Of a DNA stretch of 64,000 nt, positions 38,460 through 50,291 are shown in pieces. The stretch is taken from positions 1,984,001 through 2,048,000 of the forward strand of contig CM075991.1 of assembly GCA_038087875.1 (NCBI GenBank), read 5' to 3'. This DNA is from Malacoraja senta (lineage: Eukaryota). The notes under the pieces were generated by a model. The model was not told the DNA's origin and did not search any database. It saw only the letters and a program-made list of their open reading frames with translations. Within the stretch, counting starts at the first letter, position 1. Each line of letters begins with the position of its first letter. A program made the translations under genes and the position numbers.

Positions 38460-38820
38460 TAAACCACCCTCCCTCCATCGCTCCGTCTCCCCGCCCCCCA
38501 CCCCTCACTCCCTCCCCTCCCACCCCATCCTGGCCCTCTTATTTCCCCCCCTCCCCACGATTGCCCTCTCACTCTCCCCCCCCACCCTCTCCCCACCCCC
38601 AACCTCTCCCCACCCTCTCACTCTCCCCCACCCTCGCCCCAACACCAACCTCTCCTCACTCTCCCCCCCACCCGCCATCTTGCTCCACTCCCCCCACCGC
38701 CCTCTCAATCTCCCTCCGCACCAACCACCCACCTACAACCACCCCCTCCCCCGCCCTCTTCCTCCCCCATCAACACTCCCCTCCCCCCCATCAACTCTCC
38801 CCCCCCCCCACCCCACCGTC
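38460..38820. repeat. C-rich low-complexity tract
   Basis: Direct inspection. Confidence 0.9.
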
Positions 38821-39719
38821 CAGAACTAGGTTTGTTGAACAGCTAGAAGGCAGCGGTGGGTGTGTTCCACGGTGAATGGGCAAATGGGGAATGTATGGAG
38901 GTGGCAGCTGCAGGTTAACGTGGGGGATCTGTCACCTCACCTTGACTGGAAGGATGACATTTTCTTTTAACGTGGAGCGATTTTCCTGGTTCTACAAAAT
39001 AGGGAAGATAGCAGGCAAGTCCGAAACACGTGATGAGTTGTTCTGTACGCAGAAGAAATTTTTGATGGGAAGGAATGGGTGACATTTCGGATCAAGGCTC
39101 TTCTTCAGACTGAAAGTCGGGAGAGGGAGAGAAGGGTCTCGACCCAAAACGTCACCCATTCCTTCTCTCCAGAGGTGCTGCCTGTCGCGCTGAGTTACTC
39201 CAGCATTTGGTGTCTATCTTTGGTGTAAACTAGCATCAGTTCCTTCCCAGAAGTTTATGTTTGATTGATTGATTGATTGAGTGATTGATTGAAAGATACA
39301 GCAGGGAAACAGGCCCTTTCCCCACCGAGACTACGCTGACCATCGATCACCCGTTCGCAGACTAGTCCCATGTTAACCCACTGTCACATCCGCTCCCTTC
39401 ACGCGAGGGGCACTTCACGGAGGGCCAGTTAACTTACTCACACACATCTTTGGGATGTGGGAGGACCCACGCCGTCACAAGAAGAACGTGCAAACTCCAC
39501 AAAGACAGCACCGGAGGTCAGGATCAAGCCTGTGTCTCTGGAGCTGTGAGGCAGGAAGGATTATTGTTGCAAGCACTCTGCGATTCCATGTCAATAGGTT
39601 TAAGAACGGACGCAGAGACGGTATCTACTCTGCCCACGGGCCCTTGACAACAGTGGCATGGGGCAGAGAGATGCCCACTTTGCCCCCCCTTAGAGATAGC
39701 AACATAGCTCACCAGGAGG

Positions 39720-40253
39720 CATTTTGGTCTACAAATTTGAGGAAGGACATTCTTGCTATTGAGGGAGTGCAGTGTAGGTTCACAAGGTTAATTCCCGGGA
39801 TGGCGGGACTGTCATATGCTGAGAGAATGGAGCGGCTGGGCTTGTACACTCTGGAATTCAGAAGGATGAGAGGGTATCTTATTAAAACATATAAGATTAT
39901 TAAGGGTTTGGACACGCTAGAGGCAGGAAACATGTTCCTGGTGTTGGGGGAGTCCAGAACCAGGGGCCATACACAGTTTAAGAATAAGGGGTAAGCCATT
40001 TAGAACGGAGATGAGGAAACACTTTTTCACAGAGAGTTGTGAGTCTGTGGAATTCTCTGCCTCAGAGGGCGGTGGAGGCTGGTTGTCTGGATACTTTCAA
40101 GAGAGCTAGATAGGGCTCTTAAAAATAGCGGAGTCAGGGGATATGGGGGGAAGGCAGGAACGGGGTACTGATTGTGGATGATCAGCCATGATCACATTGA
40201 ATGGCGGTGCTGGCTCGAAGGGCCGAATGGCACCTATTGTCTATTGTCTATTG
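39720..40253 (+). mobile_element. CR1 3' fragment
   Basis: FWSTNLRKDILAIEGVQ...; (TATTGTC)n tail. Confidence 0.85.
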
Positions 40254-42549
40254 AGTGCTTGGGGAAGAGGAGCAGAATAAAATGCATGGAATTGACAGTG
40301 ACTTGGTCGCATGGACTAACAAACTAACTTACTGATAGAAAACACAGGCTTATGTTGGAAGGACAATATTCAGGCTAGATTCTGTGCTGGGACCTCTGTT
40401 ATTTGTGATCTGTACAAGCGAAGGTAGACACAAAATGCTGGAGAAACTTAGCAGGTGAGGCAGCATCTATGGAGAGAAGGAATGGCCGACGTTGCCTCAC
40501 CCGCTGAGTTACCACAGCATTTTGTGTCTACCTTCGATTTTACCAGCATCTGCAGTTCTTTCTTACACATACGTATAAGTGATTTGGATATAAACCTGGA
40601 CATGACTATGGTTGCGCAGCGGTAGAGTTGCTGCCTCACAGCGCCAGGTTCGATCCTGAATATGGGTGCTGTCTGTCCGGAGTTTGTACGTTCTTCCCGT
40701 GACTTGCGTGGGTTTTCTCTGGGAGCTCCGGTTTCCTCCCACACTGCAAAGATGTGCAGGTGTGCAGGCTAATGGGCGTGGCAAAATTGAACAAATTGTC
40801 CCTAGTGTGTGTAGGTTGGTGTTAGTGTGCGGGGATCGCTGGTCGGCGTGGACTCGATGGGCCGAAGGGCCTGTTTCAGGTATCCCCGCAACCTCCGGCG
40901 TTCCTGAGAAAACAATCCGAGAGTCACAGTCGAAAGTCGTCCTCTGTGCTCTGTGTGTGGGTTTGAATGGGATTTCTCTGCGTTTGTGTCTGGGGTGGGA
41001 CTCGAACCAGAAACCTCCCAGCTGGGAGGTTGGTGCTCATCTTCTGGGCTCAGCTGCTGTGTAAGGAGGCAGCTGCGGAGAGAATGGTGCAAGAGTGGCG
41101 CAGCGGTGGAGTTGCTGCCTCACGGAGCCAGATCCTGACCACGGGTGCTGTCTGTACGGAGCTTGTACGTTCTCTCCGTGACTGCATGGGTTTTCTCCGA
41201 CATCTTCAGTTTCCTCCCACACTCCAAAGACTTTTAGGTTTATTGGTTATTTGGCTTGTGTAATTTGTACATTGTCCCTAGTGTATAGGATAGTGTTAGT
41301 GTACGGGAATCGATGGTTGGCACAGACCCGGTGGGCCGAAGGGCCTGTTTCCATGCTGTATCTCTAAACTAGTTTACGGGAATCGATGGCCGGCACGGAC
41401 CCGGAGGCCGAAGGGCCTGTTTCCGTGCTGTATATCTGAAGTGTAAAGCATGTGGGGAAGATTGGGAGAGGGGAGAAAGTGAGGTTACTGTTTTAAGACG
41501 GGTTGCTTCGTCCATATGACGGTGTTGTGTTGTGTGTCCTGGTGTTAAACTGCCGTGTTTTGTTCTGAGCGTTCCCTCGGGCAGCGAGTGAGACTGGGAG
41601 CCATGTGCGTCTGTGTTTGGGGCCTCGATGCATTAAGCAGCCCCAGGGGATGGAAGGTGGGTGACGATGGGTTGCTTGCCTTACGGGCCTCTCTCCGCCC
41701 CCCCCTAAACCCCCCACTGGGAGAGAGGTCAACGTTGACAGCTGGGGCAATGTTTTGACAAAGCGATTCCCACAGAGTGCGGAGGGAATGAGGTTTGAAC
41801 AGCCCTCGACACAGGAAGATTTGTGTCCAGTTTCAATCCCAGCGTGTTGTCCTGACTTCCAGGAATAATGCAGGGCCACTATACCCAGCTACAGAAGCAG
41901 CCACACCGCAACTCTTGGAGCAGTTTCCTCTCTTCGGACAGTTGTGACACACTCTGACGTGAATATTTAAGAATTGTAGCACAGGGCGGTAGAGTTGCGG
42001 CCTCATAGTGCCCGAGACCCTGGGTTCGATCCTGACTACGGGTGCCGTCTGCACGGAGTTCGTACGTTCTCCCCGTGACCTGCGTGGATTTTCTCCGCGA
42101 TTTTCGATTTCATCCCGCGCTCCATATACGTGCAGGTTTGTACGTTCATTGACTTGGTAAAATTATAAATTGTCCTGAGTGTAGGATAGTGTTAATGTGT
42201 GGGGATCGTTGGTCGGTGCAGACTCGGTGGGCCGAAGGGCCTGTTTCCACGCTGTATCTCTAAACTAAACTAAACTAAACTTCAATACCACTATTCCACA
42301 AAATGCCTCAGCAATTAACCCTGGCAGCGTGTTCCTGGCACTCACCATCCTCTATGTAAACAAGCTGCCCCGCACATCTCCTTTAAACGTTGCCCTCTCT
42401 CACCTTCAACCTATGCCTTCTAGTATTTGATGTTTACACCCAGTTCTGACTGTTTATCCTTATCTCTGCCTCATAAACAATTGTTAGAGGGGATGGTTTG
42501 TACCTTAAGAAACATCAAAACCATTGCCTCCATCAACAACATTGACTCC

Positions 42550-43101
42550 GGAAGAAGGCTCCAATACCAACTATAAATATGTGGATTTCAAATATGTTTG
42601 AAACATTACACCTAGAAGAGATAAGACTCCTCCTAGCAGGTAAACCAGATCACTTCCACCTGACGTGGTCTGCATTTATAGAATTATTACAAACATAGGG
42701 TGCAAAAGTACTTAAAAAAAAAAAATTGAGGTCAGGTAAGGGGGGATGCTAGTTGAAGAGTTGGTATGTCCCATTTACGTAATGCTCATAAAAATATTTG
42801 TTTCTCTCTTTTTCCTCTTTCTCTTTCTCTTTCTTTCCTAGGGTCTATTTCTTAACTATTTTTCTTTTGTTTTTAATTTTGCTCTTATAGGGTCTTCGTC
42901 CTTTTTTGTTGTCACATTTTCTACACTTTCACTTTTTCCTTCACTTTCTTCTTTCTTTCAATCTTTTCCTTTTCTAGTGTAAAAAATAAATGGAGTACAT
43001 TAATTGTAAGAAGATATAAATGACGAGTACTAATGTATGCGGTTGTAATGTAATGTACTTCTAATAAATAAAAAAATAAAAAATAAAAAAAAATTAAAAA
43101 A
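42550..43101 (+). mobile_element. L1-clade 3' fragment with poly(A) tail
   Basis: 15-bp TSD AACAACATTGACTCC (42535-42549 and 43102-43116); MWISNMFETLHLEEIR remnant. Confidence 0.85.
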
Positions 43102-43174
43102 AACAACATTGACTCCATCTACACCATGGACCACTCGCATCCCCACCAAAGAAAGGCACAAAGTGCTGGAGTTA

Positions 43175-43403
43175 AGGGCCTGTCCCACTTTCACGACCTA
43201 ATTCACAACCTTTTTTACTCGTGGACATTTTTCATCAGGCTAGAAAAAAACGCCGCAACCTACTTGATGCCACGAGTACCTACGACTAGCATCACGGCCT
43301 GCTACGACCTACCTACGACCTCGTGACGACCATACGGCGAGTATGAGTCAAGAGCAAACTTGGCAGAGGTCGTGAATTAGGTCGTGAAAATGGGACAGGC
43401 CCT
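43175..43403. mobile_element. PIF/Harbinger MITE
   Basis: TIR AGGGCCTGTCCCA; TWA target. Confidence 0.85.
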
Positions 43404-45505
43404 TAACTCGGCGGGACAGGCAGCATTTTCTGGAGGGAAGGAATGGGTGACGTTTCGGGTCGAGACCCTTGCCCTCTCTACTAGCCCTGACCCTGTCCAC
43501 TCCTCAATGCTTTCTTTGCTCCAAGTCTCCAGTCTAACTTCGATGCAGATTGGAAGCTGAGGATGAATTCCAGATTTCCAGGATCGGGGAATCCTGGATC
43601 TCGGAATTGGAGCCAGGTTTTCCAGAGCAAAGTTGGGAAACACTTGTAAAATATGTATCTTGCAGCAAAACTGGTGTGGGAAGCGAAGGGTCACAGTCTC
43701 TCTTGAAAATGCAGCGCTCCCTCTATATTGGGTTGGATTAAACGATGTGTGGATTTAAAATAGCCAACTATCGACACCTTAGTGGCATGTGCAAGGCCCA
43801 CCATGATGTGGGCAATGTTGGTGGAGTTGAGCAGAGAGCTCTGAGTTACTGCCTTGTGGCCTGTGTATAAAATCATGAGGGGAATAGATAGGGTGAATGC
43901 ATGGTGGTGTGTGTATGGAACAAACTGCCAGAGGAGTTGTTTTTAGAGATACAGGATGGAAACAGGCCCTTCGGCCAACCATGTCCACACCGACCAGCGT
44001 TCCCCATTACACTAGCACACACTATACACTAAGGACAACTTTACTAAGCCAATTAACCGACAAACCTGAACGTCTTTGTGGAGTGTGGGAGGAAACTGGA
44101 GCACCAGGAGACAACCCACGCAGGTCACGGGGAGAAGGTACAAACTCCGTACAGACAGCACCCGTAGTCAGGATCGAACCCGGTTCTCTGGCGCTGTGAG
44201 GCGGCATATCTACTGCTTAGGTAGTTGAGGCAGGTACTTAACAACATTTGAAAGACATTTGGACAGGTGCATGGATGGGAAAGGTCTGGAGGAAATGCGC
44301 TAAAGGTGGGACTAGTGTAGATGGGGCATCTTGGTCAGCATGGGCAAGTTGGGCTGAAGGGCCCGTTTCTGTGTTGTATATCTCTGGTATGGCTTGAGGA
44401 AGTAACAGTGGATTGGAGACAGAGATTGATAGGGTCAGGAATGCTTGCAGTGAAGGATGGTCGATAAGTCAGAGGTCATCTGTCATCAAGGGCAAGCTTT
44501 CAAACACGTTTACAAATTAGTCATCGACGTTGGCTTAATGAGGATCGTCTTGGCCTTTCGGATCAGTCATCTTTGAACTGGTGACCGCGGTACAGATCCT
44601 TCTCCACGGTTTGTTCAATCAAACTGAATGGTGGTGGAAGTGTTGAGTGTGTGGGAAGGAACTGCAGATGCTGCTTTCCACTGGACACTCTTCTCCTCGT
44701 GCCCTGCGTGGGTTTTCTCCGGGTGATCCGGTCTCCTCCCACACACCAAAGGCGTACAGGTTTGTTGGCTCATTGACTTTGGCAAAATTGTAATTGTCCC
44801 TAATGTGTGTAGGATAGTGTCATTGAACGGGGATCGCTGGGGGCGAGGACTCGGTGGGCCGAAGGGCTGTTTCCACTCTAGACGAAAACTAAACAAAACA
44901 TGCGGAGGAAGGAACTGCAGATGCTGGTTTACACCGAAGATAGACACACAAAAAGCTGGAGAAAACCCTTGCAGGTCACGGGGAGAACGTACAAACTCCG
45001 TACAGACAGCACCCGTAGTCAGGATTGAACCTGGGTCTCTGGCCCTGTGAGGCAGCAACTCTACAGCTGCTCCACCGTGCCGCCAACTCCACAGTGAGGC
45101 GTCCCCTCAGTGCCACTCCTCTGCCCATCTGAAAGCTTCCTAGACGCACGATCGTATCTGCCTCCCACCCCGGCACTACGTTCCAGGCTGCCACCATCCA
45201 AATGCTTGCCCACGCTGACCCTCTGTAAACTTTGCCTCTCTCGCTTTGAAGCTGTGCCCCCCCAGCCTGGCTGGGCAGCGGGGGGGGGGGGGGGGGCAAG
45301 AGTTGTTCGCTGGAGGAGAGGCCACTGTGGAGGCGTAACGTGGCTGCAGTGGGAGGGGGCGGGTGGGGGGAAGGAGTCACCGCTTCAGCCCTCTCGCCAG
45401 TTGGACCTGATGGCGGACAAACAAGCCTGTGGCGCTGCGGAGAGTGGCTGAGGTGTGCTGGAAGGAATGCAGTAAATACTACAATCATCCCTGCCAGTTA
45501 GTAGC

Positions 45506-45705
45506 NNNNNNNNNNNNNNNNNNNNNNNNNNNNNNNNNNNNNNNNNNNNNNNNNNNNNNNNNNNNNNNNNNNNNNNNNNNNNNNNNNNNNNNNNNNNNNN
45601 NNNNNNNNNNNNNNNNNNNNNNNNNNNNNNNNNNNNNNNNNNNNNNNNNNNNNNNNNNNNNNNNNNNNNNNNNNNNNNNNNNNNNNNNNNNNNNNNNNNN
45701 NNNNN
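45506..45705. other. Assembly gap (200 N) within the FGFR1 intron between the signal-peptide and Ig-I exons
   Basis: Run of N. Confidence 1.
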
Positions 45706-45749
45706 GCACGCGGTCACGGGGAGAACGTGCACACTCCACACAAACAACA

Positions 45750-47665
45750 AAGTGAAAAAGATTAGTTACAACAAATGTAGGTCCCTGCAGTCAGAAACTG
45801 TTGAATTGATCATGGGGAACAAGGATATGGCAGACCAATTGAATAACTACTTTGGTTCTGTCTTCACTTAGGAAGACATAAATAATCTGCCGGAAATAGC
45901 AGGGGACCGGGGGTCAAATGAGATGGAGGAACTGACTGAAATCCCAGGTACACAAAAATGCTGGAGAAACTCAGCGGGTGCAGCAGCATCTATGGAGCGA
46001 AGGAAATAGACAACGTTTTCGAGCCGAAACCCTTCTTCAACTCTTCTCCAACGTTTCGGGCCGAAATCCCGGTTAGCCGGGAAGTGGTGTTAGGTAAATT
46101 GAATGGATTAAAGGCCGATAAATCCCCAGGGCCAGACAGGCTGCATCCCCGAGTACTTAAGGAAGTAGCCCCAGAAATAGTGGATGCATTAGTGATAATT
46201 TTTCAGAACTCTTTAGATTCTGGAGTAGTTCCTGAGGATTGGAGGGTAGCTAATGTAACCCCACTTTTTAAAAAGGGAGGGAGAGAGAAAACGGGGAATT
46301 ACAGACCAGTTAGTCTAACATCGGTAGAGGGGAAAATGCTAGAGTCAGTTATTAAAGATGGCATAGCAGCACATTTGGAAAGTGGTGAAATCATTGGACA
46401 AAGTCAGCATGGATTTATGAAAGGTAAATCATGTCTGACGAATCTTATAGAAATTTTCGAGGATGTATCTAGTTGAGTGGATATGGGAGAACAAGTGGAT
46501 GTGTTATATCTGGACTTTCAGAAGGCTTTCGACAAGGTCCCACATAAGAGATTAGTATGCAAACTTAAAGCACACGGTATTGGGGGTTCAGTATTGATGA
46601 GGATAGAGAACTGGCTGGCACACAGGAAGCAAAGAGTAGGATTAAACGGGTCCTTTTCAGAATGGCAGGCAGTGACTAGTGGGGTACCGCAAGGCTCAAT
46701 GCTGGGACCCCAGCTATTTACAATATATATTAATGATCTGGATGAGGGAATTGAATGCAACATCTCCAAGTTTGCGGATGACACGAAGCTGGGGGCAGTG
46801 TTAGCTGTGAGGAGGATGCTAGGAGGCTGTAAGGTGACTTGGATAGGTTGGGTGAGTGGGCAAATGCATGGCAGATGCAGTATAATGTGGATAAATGTGA
46901 GGTTATCCACTTTGGTGGCAAAAACAGGAAAGTAGACTATTATCTGAATGGTGGCTGATTAGGAAAAGGGGAGATGCAACGAGATCTGGGTGTCATGGTA
47001 CACCAGTCATTGAAAGTAAGCAGTGAAGAAAGCAAATGGTATGTTAGCATTCATAGCAAAAGGATTTGAGTATAAGAGCAGGGAGGTTCTACTGCTGTTG
47101 TACAGGGTCTTGGTGAGGCCACACCTGGAGTATTGCATACAGTTTTAGTCACCAAATCTGAGGAAAGACATTCTTGCCATAGAGGGAGTACAGAGAAGGT
47201 TCACCAGACTGATTCGTGGGATGGCAGGACTTTCATATGAAGAAAGACTGGATAGACTCGGCTTGTACTCGCTAGAATTTAGAAGATTGAGGGGGGATCT
47301 TATAGAAACTTATAAGATTCTTAAGGGGTTGGACAGGCTCGATGCAGGAAGATTGTTCCCGATGTTGGGGAAGTCCAGAACAAGGGGTCACAGTTTAAGG
47401 ATAAGGGGGAAGTCTTTTAGGGCCGAGAAGAGAAAATCATTTTTCACACAGAGAGTGGTGAATCTGTGGAATTCTCTGCCACAGAAGGTAGTTGAGGCCA
47501 GTTCATTGGCTATCTTTAAGAGGGAGTTAGATGTGGCCCTTGTGGCTAAAGGGATCAGGGGGTATGGAGAGAAGGCAGGTACAGGATGATCATATTGAAT
47601 GGCGGTGCAGGCTCGAAGGGCCGAATGGCCTACTCTACCTATTTTCTATGTTTCTATGTTTCTAC
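45750..47665 (+). mobile_element. 5'-truncated CR1 LINE with a Penelope-derived insert at about 45946-46065
   Basis: RT ORF pieces 45958-46476, 46477-46935 and 47221-47589; (TTTCTATG)n tail. Confidence 0.92.
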
Positions 47666-49148
47666 ACCCAAAGTCAAGATGGAGCTGGGGACTCTGCCGC
47701 TGTGAGGCAGCAACTCTACCGCTGCGCCACAGATAAAAGACGTTTCTTAGGCTAGTAGATAGAAGGAACTGCAGCTGCTGCTTTATCAAGGAAAGGCACA
47801 AAGTGCTGGAGCAACTCAGTGAGTCAGGCAGCATCTCCGGAGAACATTGTGGCGCAGCGGTAGAGTTGCTGCCTCACAGCGCCCGAGACCCGGTTTCGAT
47901 CCTGACTACGGGTGCTGTCCCGTGCAAATTCCCGTGCAAACGGGACTTTGCACGTTCTCCCCACGACCTGCGTGGGCTTTCTCCGGGATTTCTGGTTTCC
48001 TCCCACTCGCCAAAAACATCCAGGTTTGTAGGTTAATTGGCTTTGGTAAAATTGTAAATGATCATTAGTGTGTGTACGATGGTGTGAGGGTGTGGGGATC
48101 GTTGGACGGCTCGGACTTGATGGGCCGAAGGGCCTGCTTCCATGCTGTCTCTCTAAACTAAACTAAAATAAACATATGTAGGAAGGAACGGCAGATGCTG
48201 GTTTACACCAAAGACACAAAAAGCTAGAGATAGACACAAAATGCTGAAGTAACACAGGCGGCATCTCTGGAGAGAAGGTAATGGGTGACATTTCGGGTCG
48301 AGACCCTTCTTCAGACACTGGAGTAAAGTTTGAGTAATTTAACGGGATAGGCAGCATCTCTGGAGAAAAGGGAATAGGTGACGTTTTGGGTCTGGACCCG
48401 TCTTCAGACCGATGGTTTATTTATGTCTAGGCAGGAACTGCAGATGCTGGTTTAAACCAAAGATAGGCACAAAAAGCTGGAGTAACTGAGCAGGACAGGC
48501 CGCATCTCTGGAGAACGGTCCCGACTCGGAACGTCACCTATCCCTTTTCCCCATAGTTGCTATCTGGCCACAGAATTACTCTGGCATTTTGTGTCTATCT
48601 TCGGTTTAAACCAACCTGTGCATTTCCTTCCTGCACATAAATAAATGATCGGTCTGAAGAAGAGTCCAGACTGAGTCACTCTGACATTTGGTGTCTATCT
48701 GCTGGATTATTTAGCTGCGTGTTCCTATTACTGATAGAACTGGGCCAGTTAGCGCCAGGCTGTTTCCACTGCTGCTGCTTGCACAGCTCCAGGTTCTGCT
48801 CAGACCCCTCGCCCTCCCTCTTTCCAAGGTTTTTCCTCTTGGCACCCACCTCCAACAGGAAATGGAGGCTTAATATTGTTTTTGTGTGTTTGCTGGTCTG
48901 GTTCTGAATCACTTATCTCAAGACTCCATTCTCTCCTGGGGGCCAGCGTTGGAGGCGTTGCGTGACAGGCTGCATTCATCATGCCAAGCACACGCGTGAC
49001 TTACTTGGCAGCCAGGGAAGAAGGCAATTTTAGAGAATCTTTTTTTTCCAGCCCTGCTTTATTCCCAGTAGATGTTGGTAAGGCCTGGATAGAGTGGACG
49101 TGGAGAGGATGTTTCCACTAGTGGGAGAGTCTAGGACCAGGGGTTGTA

Positions 49149-49392
49149 CAGTGCCCTCCATAATGTTTGGGACAAAGACCCATCATTTATTTATTTGCCT
49201 CAGTACTCCACAATTTGAGATTTGTAATAGAAAAAAATCACATGTGGTTAAAGTGCACATTGTCCGATATTAATAAAGGTAATTTTAAAACATTTTGGTT
49301 TCACCATGTAGAAATGACAGCAGTGTTTATACATAGTCCCCCATGAATAAATGAATGATGGGTCTTTATCCCAAACATTATGCAGGGCATTG
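49149..49392. mobile_element. Tc1/mariner-type non-autonomous element
   Basis: TA|CAGTGCCCTCCATAATGTTTGGGACAAAGACCCATCATT TIR and its reverse complement; inserted in a CR1 fragment. Confidence 0.8.
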
Positions 49393-49553
49393 AAGCCTCA
49401 GAATTAAAGGACGTTCTTTTAGGAAGGAGATGAGGTGAAATTTCTTTAGTCAGAGGGTGGTGAATCTGTAGAATTCTTTGCCACAGACACGCACACACAC
49501 ACACACACATACATATAAACACACGCACACATAAACACACACACAGATATAAA

Positions 49554-49623
<70 letters not shown>

Positions 49624-49658
49624 AACACACACACACATACACACACACACACATATAA

Positions 49659-49721
<63 letters not shown>

Positions 49722-50027
49722 AACACATACACGCACACACAAATAAACACACACAGACGCACACACGCAAATATAGATACACACACACGCACACACACAC
49801 ACACACATATAAACACACACACACATACACACACACAGATATAAACACACATATTCTTGATTAGTACGGGTGTCAGGTGTTATGGGGAGAAGGCAGGAGA
49901 ATGGGGTTAGGAGGGAGAGATAGTTCAGCCATGATTGAATGGCGGAGTAGACTTAATGGGCTGAATGGCCTAATTCTGCTGCTATCACGTCTGACCTTGC
50001 TCCTTCCTCCCTGCCCTGCTCCTGCAG

Positions 50028-50291
50028 TGTCGCTGAAGCAGAGGTCGGAGGTGGAACTGTACTCCACACACCCGGGAGACTCGCTGCAGCTGCGCTGCCG
50101 ACTGCGTGAGGACATCCAGGGCATCGCGTGGACCAAGGACGGGGTGCAGCTGCCCGCCAACAACCGCACCCGCATCACCGCCGAGTACCTGCAGATCACC
50201 GACTCGGTGCGCCAGGACTCCGGCCGCTACACCTGTGTGGCCAGCGGCCCATCTGGCAGCGAGACCTCCCACTTTGCCGTCAACGTCTCCG
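50028..50291 (+). CDS. FGFR1: FGFR1 Ig-I (D1) exon
   Basis: [59 protein letters not shown] matches FGFR1 D1. Splice sites CCTGCAG| and G|GTATGT; 264 nt, phase 1/1. Confidence 0.95.

Noticed and set aside
45506..45705. The gap as the hiding place of the missing Ig-II exons
   Set aside because: It lies upstream of the Ig-I exon, the wrong position unless contigs are misordered.
49301..49852. Cys-Val and His-Thr repeat ORFs (also 28463-29325 and 29540-29928)
   Set aside because: (CA)n/(TG)n microsatellite artefacts.
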